Source of the DNA: an uncultured Fibrobacterales bacterium
GTDB lineage: Bacteria; Fibrobacterota; Fibrobacteria; Fibrobacterales; CAWVXU01
Direction of reading: 5' to 3'
Assembly: GCA_963934255.1 (NCBI GenBank)
Contig: CAWVXU010000004.1
Location: forward strand, 1,641-65,640
Length of the DNA stretch: 64,000 nucleotides
Part shown: positions 19,618 through 28,448 of the stretch, piece by piece
Position numbering within the stretch: position 1 is the stretch's first letter
Layout: each line of letters begins with the position of its first letter
Notes under the pieces: model-generated
What the model was told of the DNA's origin: nothing
What the model saw: only the letters and a program-made list of their open reading frames with translations
Database searches by the model: none
Made by a program: the position numbers and the translations under genes

Positions 19618-22600
19618 GTGTATTTATCAAAACTCAAAATATATGGATTTAAGTCTTTCGCCCAAAAAGTTGAGGTGAGTTTTCCTGGTAATGGTATTAC
19701 TTCGGTAGTAGGTCCAAATGGTTGTGGTAAATCAAATATTGTTGATGCCATTCGATGGGTTTTAGGGGAGCAACGCGCCAAACAATTAAGATCTGTCAAA
19801 ATGGAAGATGTTATTTTTTCAGGCACTGCCGAGCGACCCGCTATGAATTTTGCAGAAGTTTCTTTGGTCATCAATAACGATCGCGGGATTTTACCTTCTG
19901 ATTATACTGAAATCCAAATTACTCGCCGAGTTCATCGTTCAGGGGATTCTGAGTATTTAATCAACAATCAAGATTGTCGTTTAAAAGATATACATGCTCT
20001 CTTTATGGACACAGGTATGGGAGCCGCATCATATTCCTTGATGGAATCAAGAATGATTGACTCCATTCTTTCGGATAAGGCCGAAGATAGAAGAGTTCTT
20101 TTTGAAGAAACTGCCGGGATTTCAAAATATAAGCAACAAAGAAAAGAAACTCTTAGACAGCTTGAGCGTACTTCATTGGATCTTGAGCGAGTTGAGGATA
20201 ACCTTAAGGTTCGTAAATCTTCAGTAGCTAGCTATGAACGCCAAGCTAAAAAAGCTGAAGACTATCGTATGTTTAAAGCTCGCCTTAGGGACTTAGATAT
20301 TTCTGTCGGATACGACAAATACACTGAGTTTAAAGATGGCTTCAAAAAACTACTTGAAATGTCTAAAGAAGCTGATACCCAACTAGAGTCTTTTCGCTCA
20401 AAAAAAACGGTGCTTGAAACCAATCTTGAAGAGAAGAAATTAAATTCAGTTGAAGAAGAAGAAGCCTATCGTGATGCTGAGCAACAAGTTGCCAATCGTA
20501 AATTAGAACTCAACAGTGTTGATGCAGAAATCCGGTTGATTCGAGATAGAATTCAACACGTTGAAGATTCAAGTTCTCGCTCAGTTCGTGAAATAGAAGA
20601 TGGCCGTGACCAATTAGAAGACATAAAGCATAGACGTGTTGAAAAGCGTGAAAATCTTACCCTCTTAGAGCAAACAATTGAAGAATTTTTGATTGATGTT
20701 GAAAAGTATCAGGATAAAAAAGATTCATTCTTAGACCGATTTGAAGAATCTCGCGAAAAAGTAAATGTGTTATCTTCGCGTAGAATGGAGCAACTTGAAA
20801 TTTTGGGTGATGTTAAATCAGAAGCTCAACAAGTTCGCCAAAAAATTGAATATCATCAACAAAATGCTCAAAGCGGTAATCAAGAGCTCTCAACTTTAAC
20901 TAGTGAAATTGATCGGTTAAAAAATGAGAAGAGAGAATTTGATAATAGCTCGAATGAGTTTGAAGAAGGAATTAACCTTAAACAAGAAGAACTTGACGTT
21001 CTGTTAGGGCGAATTGAACTAAACAAAGATGAGCTTCAGGAGGTCAAAACACAATATGATTCTCTGAAAGATCAATTCTTAAAAAAACAAAATAGACATG
21101 ATGCCTTATCTCAATTAGAAGAACAAGGTGAAGGGCTTGACGAAGGTGTCAAGCATATTCAAGATTCATTCCAGCATGAAGTCTTAGGGTTTTTATCTGA
21201 TCAATTAACCATAGAACCTGAATATCTCACATTGGTTGAATGGTGTCTTGGTCAATCGGGGCAATCTTTAGTGACTAAAGATTTTGAATCAGGTCAAAAT
21301 TGGATTGAATCATTTAAAAACAGCTCTCGTGGTGAGGTTGAATTTGTAGTGACCAATCAATCCAAAGAAATGAAGCCTTCCAACTACCCCGAAGGTGAAT
21401 CAATTTTTGGGCCTCTTTCAAATCATGTCAGCGTAGACCCAAGTGTTAAAAGTATTGTAAGTCATTTACTTGGCTCATATATTCTTGTTGAAAACTTAGC
21501 TACCGCTATTGAATGTGCCAAAATAAATGAAGAACTACTTTGGTTTGTCACCCCTGACAGAACCATGATTCATTCAAGTGGAATTGTAAAGACGGCTTCT
21601 AGTCAAAATTCCGCAGGTGGTTTTATTGCTCGTCGGCAAGAGTTGGAACAACTTAATTCTGAACTACCAGGCCTATCAAGTCAAATTGAAAACCTATGGG
21701 CTGGGCTGAGTGAACTTGAAGAGCTTAGGGAAGAATTAACTATTGTCGTTCAAGATCTAAAAGATGATGTGAGTGAAATGGGGCGAACTCTTAGCCAATC
21801 AACCCAAGCTAAAGCGGTGACTGAAGCCAGGTTGTCTGATCAAGAATCAAGACTTGAAAAACTTTTAGAGAAATTATCTGAAGCGAGTGAAGATACTTCA
21901 CCACTTCAGGATAAGCTAGAAGAGTTAGATCTAAGAATTGAAACAATTGAATCATCAAAAGAGGGCGTTGAAGAACAATTTCAAGATGCTCAAGAAGAAC
22001 TAAGAGAATTAGAACATCAAAAAAGTGCTTTTGACGAAGAGTATAATCAATCAATTCAGGACCTTGCTCGACAAAAATCAACCAAGAATCAACTTGAAAC
22101 TGAACTTTCACATTTAGATCAACAAGAAGAAACAATATCTGATCGAATAGAAAAGATGAAACTTCAAATCGCTTCAACAGATGATACAATGAATTCATCT
22201 TTGGAGAAATTAAACGATTTACATAATCAACTTGAAATTGAAAATGAAAAATTAACTCAGGATGAAGATCGAAGAGATCGAGCAAAGGAACTCTACGATT
22301 TAAAGAATGTTGAAGCTGAAGAAATTCGGGAACAAATTCGAAATATTAATACTGATATAATTGAACTCACTGAAAATATGGGTAATAGTCAGAAAAACTT
22401 TGAAGCATTTAAAGTTAAAATGGATCAAATTCATAATCGTATTTTTGAAGAATATGAAGTCGATTTTGAAGAAGATCAAGTAAAAATAATTGAATATGAA
22501 GAATCCACCGTTCGGGGTGAAATATCAGAGCTCAAAAAAAATATAAAGGCGCTTGGCAATATTAATCCTGCTGCCTTAGAAGATTTTGAAGACGAAAAAA

Positions 22601-23166
22601 GGCTTCTACAAGAAACAGAAAAACAATTTGAGGATCTTGATCGAGCTCGCATTTCTTTAGAGAAAACTATACGTAAACTTGATCAAATAGCAAGAGATAG
22701 GTTTACTACCACTTTCGCTATCATACAGAAAAATTTTCAGGATGTATTTGCAAGTCTTATGCGTGATGGTGAAGCCCGCGTGACTTTGGAAGAAGGAGTT
22801 GACCCTCTTGAAGCCAAAATTGAAATCAACGCACGACCAACTGGTAAAAAAATGCGAGGCGTCTCTTTACTGTCAGGTGGTGAAAGAGCTTTAACAGCCA
22901 CGGCATTGTTGTTTGGATTGTATTTGATTAAACCATCACCTTACTGTATTCTTGATGAAGTAGATGGGCCCCTAGATGATGCCAATATTGGACGATTTGT
23001 ACAATTGTTAAGACGTTTTTCTAAGCAGACTCAATTTATTGTTGTAACACATAATAAAAGAACGATGGCTGCTTCAGATCAATTATATGGAGTTACTCAA
23101 GAAATCAAAGGTATTTCAAGAATTGCCTCGGTTCAATTGAGTGAGGCAGAAGGGTTAATTGATTAG
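19618..23166 (+). CDS. smc: Chromosome segregation protein SMC
   Basis: 1182 aa. The N-terminal Walker A is GPNGCGKSNIVDAIRWVLGEQ. Long coiled-coil arms and a hinge are present. The C-terminal signature is LSGGERALTATALLF with Walker B YCILDEVDGPLD. Confidence 0.95.
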   Translation: MYLSKLKIYGFKSFAQKVEVSFPGNGITSVVGPNGCGKSNIVDAIRWVLGEQRAKQLRSVKMEDVIFSGTAERPAMNFAEVSLVINNDRGILPSDYTEIQITRRVHRSGDSEYLINNQDCRLKDIHALFMDTGMGAASYSLMESRMIDSILSDKAEDRRVLFEETAGISKYKQQRKETLRQLERTSLDLERVEDNLKVRKSSVASYERQAKKAEDYRMFKARLRDLDISVGYDKYTEFKDGFKKLLEMSKEADTQLESFRSKKTVLETNLEEKKLNSVEEEEAYRDAEQQVANRKLELNSVDAEIRLIRDRIQHVEDSSSRSVREIEDGRDQLEDIKHRRVEKRENLTLLEQTIEEFLIDVEKYQDKKDSFLDRFEESREKVNVLSSRRMEQLEILGDVKSEAQQVRQKIEYHQQNAQSGNQELSTLTSEIDRLKNEKREFDNSSNEFEEGINLKQEELDVLLGRIELNKDELQEVKTQYDSLKDQFLKKQNRHDALSQLEEQGEGLDEGVKHIQDSFQHEVLGFLSDQLTIEPEYLTLVEWCLGQSGQSLVTKDFESGQNWIESFKNSSRGEVEFVVTNQSKEMKPSNYPEGESIFGPLSNHVSVDPSVKSIVSHLLGSYILVENLATAIECAKINEELLWFVTPDRTMIHSSGIVKTASSQNSAGGFIARRQELEQLNSELPGLSSQIENLWAGLSELEELREELTIVVQDLKDDVSEMGRTLSQSTQAKAVTEARLSDQESRLEKLLEKLSEASEDTSPLQDKLEELDLRIETIESSKEGVEEQFQDAQEELRELEHQKSAFDEEYNQSIQDLARQKSTKNQLETELSHLDQQEETISDRIEKMKLQIASTDDTMNSSLEKLNDLHNQLEIENEKLTQDEDRRDRAKELYDLKNVEAEEIREQIRNINTDIIELTENMGNSQKNFEAFKVKMDQIHNRIFEEYEVDFEEDQVKIIEYEESTVRGEISELKKNIKALGNINPAALEDFEDEKRLLQETEKQFEDLDRARISLEKTIRKLDQIARDRFTTTFAIIQKNFQDVFASLMRDGEARVTLEEGVDPLEAKIEINARPTGKKMRGVSLLSGGERALTATALLFGLYLIKPSPYCILDEVDGPLDDANIGRFVQLLRRFSKQTQFIVVTHNKRTMAASDQLYGVTQEIKGISRIASVQLSEAEGLID

Positions 23167-24106
23167 TTTTTTCTAATTGCTCAACTACCATTTCAAATAG
23201 ATCTTTGGGCTGATAACCTTCAGCCTTCCAATCTTTCAAACTCTTACTCAAGTCTTTTTTACTGAGCTTTTGTCCACTTCCATCCAAAATCAAAGGGTGG
23301 TGAAAATAATGGGGGGGCTTATAGGTTGCTTTAACTTGATTTGATTCAGTTGGATTGTATTGATGAATTAACTTTTGTAAGAAAATTTGACGTCCTGTGC
23401 TCTCAAATAAGTCACTCCCTCTGATAACCAGATCAATTTCATCCTCTAAGTCATCTGAACTCACACAATATTGATAGCTGAAATTACTGTTTTTATCAAA
23501 TAATGTAAAATCTCCACATTGCTGGTATGGATTTTGTTTAATAATCAGTTGAGAGGTTCTAGAATTTAATTGGAACTGATGAAATTCATTATATTGATTG
23601 AGAGTTCTTAATCGAATAGCAAATGGAGCTTCCTTTATTGGTTTGACTGGAAACAATTCTTCACTTGGTATATGCTTCCTTTTATTGCTACAGTCTCCAC
23701 GATACCTTAATTCTGAATGCTCACTATTCTGGTAGGATTTAATTTGATTTCTACTGCAATGGCAGGCATATAATTGGCCTACTTGGTTTAATGCTTTTAT
23801 TTCTAATTGGTACTTATCGATTCGTTCACTTTGTTTGGGAGTCGACCTATAATCCCTTAAATTCAACCAACTTAAATCATCGCGAATAGAATCAATAAAC
23901 AAGGATTTGGACCTTTGTTGATCATGATCTTCAATCCTTAATATAATTTCACCGTCAAAAGCCCGAGCCATCCCCCAGGTATAGAGAATATTGACTAAAT
24001 GGCCGAGGTGTAGGTGACCGGATGGACTAGGAGCAAAGCGTGTTTTCCAGCCTGAGCGATTCAGAAGGTTATTATCAGATAGAATGGGGCTAGGGTCGAG
24101 GTTCAT
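23105..24106 (-). CDS. gluQ: Glutamyl-Q tRNA(Asp) synthetase (GluRS catalytic-domain paralogue)
   Basis: RFAPSPSGHLHLGH (HIGH motif), RIEDHD, CHCS...GDC (Zn site) and KLSKK (KMSKS-like) are present. At 333 aa it lacks an anticodon-binding domain. Its 3' end overlaps the smc 3' end by 62 nt. Confidence 0.85.
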   Translation of the reverse strand: MNLDPSPILSDNNLLNRSGWKTRFAPSPSGHLHLGHLVNILYTWGMARAFDGEIILRIEDHDQQRSKSLFIDSIRDDLSWLNLRDYRSTPKQSERIDKYQLEIKALNQVGQLYACHCSRNQIKSYQNSEHSELRYRGDCSNKRKHIPSEELFPVKPIKEAPFAIRLRTLNQYNEFHQFQLNSRTSQLIIKQNPYQQCGDFTLFDKNSNFSYQYCVSSDDLEDEIDLVIRGSDLFESTGRQIFLQKLIHQYNPTESNQVKATYKPPHYFHHPLILDGSGQKLSKKDLSKSLKDWKAEGYQPKDLFEMVVEQLEKTNQLTLLPHSIEPRQFLKYL

Positions 24107-24608
24107 TTATGTCAATCAATTTTTCGATTTCACGTATGAATATGTGGGCTGGCTGTGGGCCATTCCATTTTCTAACATACGCTCCTTTTTGGCTCAATAG
24201 GTAGGTTGTCGGAACTTTGTCAGAGCGAAATTGAGTTAAAATTGCAGATGATCCAAGGAGTACTGGGTATTTGATTTGATATGTTTCTACAAATTTACGA
24301 ACTTTTAAAGAGTCTTCAGGGCGATCAACACTAATAGCATGGATGTCTACGGCCTTACCATGATACCTTTGAACAAGATCATTTAAAACAGGTATTTCCT
24401 CAAGACATGGTTTACACCAAGTCGCCCAGAAAACGACTAGTCTTACTTTATTTATCGAATGAGTCGAACTAATTGTATCACCACTGAGTGTGGTTAAATT
24501 GTAACCTGGGGCTTTATTATCGACTTTTGCCACAGTTCTTTTTTCTTCACAACCAGAGGAATAAAATGACACAACGATTATAGCGAATATTGTCAGGTAG
24601 TTTTTCAT
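24090..24608 (-). CDS. TlpA/ResA-like thiol:disulfide oxidoreductase lipoprotein
   Basis: Lipobox FYSSGC and thioredoxin-fold active site FWATWCKPC. It overlaps the gluQ start by 17 nt. Confidence 0.85.
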   Translation of the reverse strand: MKNYLTIFAIIVVSFYSSGCEEKRTVAKVDNKAPGYNLTTLSGDTISSTHSINKVRLVVFWATWCKPCLEEIPVLNDLVQRYHGKAVDIHAISVDRPEDSLKVRKFVETYQIKYPVLLGSSAILTQFRSDKVPTTYLLSQKGAYVRKWNGPQPAHIFIREIEKLIDINEPRP

Positions 24609-24705
24609 TAATTATCCTAAGTTATTAAAAACTAAAAGCTTACCAATTTCATCAAATATTATACTTTAGAATAGTGTTACCAAAAAAATTCGGCGGACTT
24701 CGTAT

Positions 24706-25761
24706 ATGTACAATATTCAAGAGCTTTTGACCACCATGGTAAGCGAAGGTGCATCTGATTTACACCTTACTGCGGGTTCTGTCCCAATTATCCGTATTTC
24801 TGGTACTTTAACTCCAATCGGTGAAGAAAAATTAAAACCTGATGAGACACTGCGTTTGACTTATTCGGTAATGAATGAAGTTCAACGAAAAAATTTTGAA
24901 CAAAACAAAGAGTGTGACTTTTCATTTGGTATAGGCAATATGGCCCGCTTTAGAGCAAATGCATACCTTCAGCGCGGCTGTGTTGCATGTGCAATTCGAC
25001 TTATCCCATTAGAAGTCAAAACTTTTGAGGACCTTGGTCTGCCTAAAATATTGGCAGAATTTGCTGATCGGCCATCGGGTTTGGTATTGGTTACGGGGTC
25101 AACGGGTTCGGGTAAGTCAACGACTTTGGCGGCTATGATTGACAAAATAAATAATGAGCGCGATCAACATATTTTGACCATTGAAGATCCGATAGAATTT
25201 TTGCATCGACATAACAAATGTTTAGTTAATCAAAGAGAAATTGGCTCTGATACTAATAGTTTTAGTGATGCATTGAAATCTGCCTTACGACAGGATCCCG
25301 ATGTGGTTTTGATTGGGGAAATGCGAGATTTGGATACAATGAGAGCGGCTTTAACGATTGCTGAAACAGGTCACCTGACATTTGCTACTCTGCATACCAA
25401 TTCAGCGGCTCAGACGGTCAATAGAATTGTTGATGCTTTTCCAGCAGATGAGCAGCAAACAATTCGAGCCCAGCTTGCTTTTGTTTTAGAGGGTGTTGTG
25501 TGTCAACAGCTTCTACCTAAAATTGGTGGTGGGCGCGCCATGGCCTATGAAGTCATGAATTGTAATACTGCAATAAGGTCTTTGATTCGAGATGATAAAG
25601 TTCATCAAATTGAAGGTATTATTGAGGTCAATCAAAAAATTGGAATGAATACGATGAATATGCGACTGATGGAATTAATTCGCTCACGGCAGATCACTGA
25701 AGAGGTGGCAATTAATAAATCATCAAGTCCTGATCAGCTTCAAAAAATGATTTTTGGATAA
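24706..25761 (+). CDS. pilT: Type IV pilus retraction ATPase PilT
   Basis: ASDLHLTAGSVP, Walker A GSTGSGKSTT, IGEMRD and TGHLTFATLHTN are present. The ~350-aa length is typical of PilT. Confidence 0.92.
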   Translation: MYNIQELLTTMVSEGASDLHLTAGSVPIIRISGTLTPIGEEKLKPDETLRLTYSVMNEVQRKNFEQNKECDFSFGIGNMARFRANAYLQRGCVACAIRLIPLEVKTFEDLGLPKILAEFADRPSGLVLVTGSTGSGKSTTLAAMIDKINNERDQHILTIEDPIEFLHRHNKCLVNQREIGSDTNSFSDALKSALRQDPDVVLIGEMRDLDTMRAALTIAETGHLTFATLHTNSAAQTVNRIVDAFPADEQQTIRAQLAFVLEGVVCQQLLPKIGGGRAMAYEVMNCNTAIRSLIRDDKVHQIEGIIEVNQKIGMNTMNMRLMELIRSRQITEEVAINKSSSPDQLQKMIFG

Positions 25762-25794
25762 ATCGCACAGTATGTCCAAAGAAATGAGCTTTTA

Positions 25795-26991
25795 ATGGCA
25801 ATATGGAATTACAAAGCTGTCAATCAAGGCGGCAAAGAAATGTCAGGGAGTATGGAATCTCCTACTAAGATTGATGTTGAAAAACAATTACTCAAGCGTA
25901 GACTGCGTGTAATTAAAGTTTCGAAGAAACCTATGGAGATTTCTCTGACAATCGGAACGGGAATCAACGCCCAAGATATAGCTAGGTTTACACGGCAATT
26001 TTCTGCGATGAACTCCGCTGGTCTTCCGCTCTTGCAATGTCTTGATATTTTAAAAGAACAAGCTGAAAATCCAAATATGACGAGAGTATTAAAACAGATT
26101 TCTGCCAAAATCCAGGGCGGCTCTGGTTTGGCTGAATCTTTAGCAATGCACCCAAAGGTATTTCCGGAACTCTATGTTCACATGATAGCCGCTGGTGAAG
26201 CAGGTGGTATTCTAGATAGTATTCTACTTAGATTAGCTGAATATCAAGAAGCTGCTGAGCGTTTAAAAAGAAAAATTAAAAGTGCGATGATGTATCCTAT
26301 CATAGTAATGATTGTCGCGGTAGTTGTTGTTGCAGTGCTTCTAGTCTTTGTAGTTCCTGTGTTTACTAAAATGTTTGAAGCAGGTGGAAAAGCATTGCCG
26401 GCTCCAACTCAAATTGTTGTATCTATGTCTGAATTTTTGCAAAATTATATTGTTTATATGATAATTGCTATAATCGGCGCCTTTTGGGCCTTAGTACAAT
26501 ACAACAAGACTAATGACGGTAAGTACAACCTAGATAAAATTAAATTAGCTCTCCCCGGTATTGGTGTTTTAGAAACAAAATCTTGTGTGGCTAGGTTTAC
26601 TCGGACTCTAGGAACTTTATTGTCTTCAGGGGTCTCAATTATTGATGCACTTCAGGTGACAGGTAAAACTTCAGGTAATAAAGTGCTTGAACGAGGAGTA
26701 ATGAAAACAGTTGAGTCAATTTCAGGTGGTAACACTATTGCAGATCCATTGAAAGAAACCGGTATTTTCCCTCCAATGGTCATTCAAATGATCTCAGTTG
26801 GTGAAAAAACCGGGGGATTACCTGATATGCTATTAAAGGTATCTGACTTCTATGATGAGGAGGTTGATGCTGCCGTGGATGCGATGACAAGTATGATTGA
26901 ACCGTTGATAATTGTGTTTTTAGGTGTGGTTATTGGCGGGCTTCTCGTTGCGATGTATTTACCGATGTTTGGACTTGCAGATACGGTTTAG
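25795..26991 (+). CDS. pilC: Type IV pilus assembly platform protein PilC
   Basis: 398-aa GspF/PilC family protein with duplicated T2SSF domains, three or more TM segments and GEKTGGLPDML. Confidence 0.9.
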   Translation: MAIWNYKAVNQGGKEMSGSMESPTKIDVEKQLLKRRLRVIKVSKKPMEISLTIGTGINAQDIARFTRQFSAMNSAGLPLLQCLDILKEQAENPNMTRVLKQISAKIQGGSGLAESLAMHPKVFPELYVHMIAAGEAGGILDSILLRLAEYQEAAERLKRKIKSAMMYPIIVMIVAVVVVAVLLVFVVPVFTKMFEAGGKALPAPTQIVVSMSEFLQNYIVYMIIAIIGAFWALVQYNKTNDGKYNLDKIKLALPGIGVLETKSCVARFTRTLGTLLSSGVSIIDALQVTGKTSGNKVLERGVMKTVESISGGNTIADPLKETGIFPPMVIQMISVGEKTGGLPDMLLKVSDFYDEEVDAAVDAMTSMIEPLIIVFLGVVIGGLLVAMYLPMFGLADTV

Positions 26992-27073
26992 TTATATTTT
27001 CTGAATTTTGAAGCTAAAAAAAGCCAAATTTTAAGAATTTTATCATAATTAAGGTAAAACTTCATTTAAAAGT

Positions 27074-27100
27074 TAAAGTTGTTTGTGAAAGTTCCGATAT
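27074..27100 (+). promoter_or_regulatory. Sigma-28 (FliA)-type promoter upstream of flgM
   Basis: TAAAGTTG - 11 nt - TCCGATAT, against the consensus TAAAGTTT-N11-GCCGATAA. It ends 31 nt before the flgM ATG. Confidence 0.55.
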
Positions 27101-27131
27101 ATTAAATAGATGAAAGGTATCGGTTATTGAT

Positions 27132-27431
27132 ATGAGAATTTCAGAAGGCATGTTGAGCACAGGTGGACTCGGTGCCGTCATCAAAAGTTCTGGGTTACAG
27201 AAAGCAGAAAAAGTAGAATCTCCTGTAAAGAGAGATTCCGCTGTTTTTTCTTCTAAATCCCAATCTTTAGGTGGGGATGCAGAGATCCAATCGGCCAAGG
27301 CTAGAGCCATTGCAACACCTGATATACGCGAAGCAAAAATTGCAGAAGTCCGCTCTAAAATTGAAAATGGTTATTACAATTCAGAAGAGTTTCAAGACGT
27401 TTTGGCTGATCGTTTAATTAAAGATATGTGA
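27132..27431 (+). CDS. flgM: Anti-sigma-28 factor FlgM
   Basis: 99 aa. The N-terminal half is Ser/Gly/Lys-rich and looks disordered. The C-terminus is FlgM-like (AKIAEVRSKIENGYYNSEEFQDVLADRLIKDM). Confidence 0.75.
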   Translation: MRISEGMLSTGGLGAVIKSSGLQKAEKVESPVKRDSAVFSSKSQSLGGDAEIQSAKARAIATPDIREAKIAEVRSKIENGYYNSEEFQDVLADRLIKDM

Positions 27432-27450
27432 GTTAATACTTCACTGCAGA

Positions 27451-27498
27451 AGCGAAAGTTATAGCGAAAGCGTAAGTGAAAGCGTAAGCGATGCGAGC
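27451..27498. repeat. Imperfect 12-nt tandem repeat (about 4 units)
   Basis: The units are AGCGAAAGTTAT / AGCGAAAGCGTA / AGTGAAAGCGTA / AGCGATGCGAGC. The array lies between the flgM stop and the next ORF and runs into that ORF's ATG. Confidence 0.6.
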
Positions 27499-28339
27499 AT
27501 TTAGTGAGAGCAAATTTCAAGTTTCAAAGCTGATGAGAATATTACTTATCGGTTTTTTGGGTTTTCTATTGGCAAATACCTACGCTGATGACAAATATCT
27601 TGCACCTTGGTTGATTAATTATGACGATGTGGAAAGACATGTTTTTATCAAAGAAAAGGGTGAAAGAAATAATCGAAGGTTCTCAACAGTCGAGTTTTAC
27701 TCCGGCAATATTTTTTTTGATTTAAACACGCAGAAAAAGACGTTATTGCTTAGTGGAAATAAAATTGTTCAAATGAGTCATTTTAATTGGTTTCAATGGG
27801 ACCAAACAGACCCGACGATTCGCTATTCAAGTGAATTTGGCATGTACGGTCCTAAGTTTATCCCTGTTTTTCAACAATATCATTCAATGGATAAGCAAAA
27901 TAATTTTAATCACTATCTTAGTATGGGCTATAAAACTTCTGAAATACCTATTCTTCATTATCAAAGTTCGGGCTTAGGAGTGGACAAAGTTGAACTCCGC
28001 TATGATAAGTTGTATTCTGAAGACATGTTGATTCCTTTATTGAGAAAAATGTTATGGGACAAAAAGAAAGAATTTGAAATGAACTTACTTGGGAATTTAT
28101 CAAACCCTCCAGGAAGTTTTCGAGTTCAATATGCTAAAGCCAAAGTCATGGATCGTCACTTTCCTATAAAAGAATTTGGTGATAACCATGTCGTATTGAT
28201 TCAAATCATTAGAGATGATGGTCGTTTAGCGAGTTATTGGTTTAGCCGAGAAGGTAATCATAGACTAATTAAAGCCATTTTACTTGATGGTTCAGTTTTA
28301 ACTCTGATTGATTATAAACGAATTAAAAAATCTAAATAA
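27491..28339 (+). CDS. Hypothetical secreted protein
   Basis: Signal peptide LLIGFLGFLLANTYA-DD. An alternative start is Met at 27533. I recognise no family. Confidence 0.6.
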   Translation: MRAFSESKFQVSKLMRILLIGFLGFLLANTYADDKYLAPWLINYDDVERHVFIKEKGERNNRRFSTVEFYSGNIFFDLNTQKKTLLLSGNKIVQMSHFNWFQWDQTDPTIRYSSEFGMYGPKFIPVFQQYHSMDKQNNFNHYLSMGYKTSEIPILHYQSSGLGVDKVELRYDKLYSEDMLIPLLRKMLWDKKKEFEMNLLGNLSNPPGSFRVQYAKAKVMDRHFPIKEFGDNHVVLIQIIRDDGRLASYWFSREGNHRLIKAILLDGSVLTLIDYKRIKKSK

Positions 28340-28448
28340 GCCATTATCCATATTTCTACAAATTTGAGTTGATTATTCCTCAAATTCATTTTAAAATAGG
28401 AGAGTCTTGCTTGAGCTTTTTAAGCAGCATTTTTTTCTAAGGTATTCA

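Noticed and set aside
21809-22285. 158-aa minus-strand ORF inside smc
   Set aside because: It is antisense to the smc coiled-coil region. GAA/AAG/CTT-rich repeats generate long stop-free antisense frames, and the product is Leu/Phe/Gln-rich nonsense.
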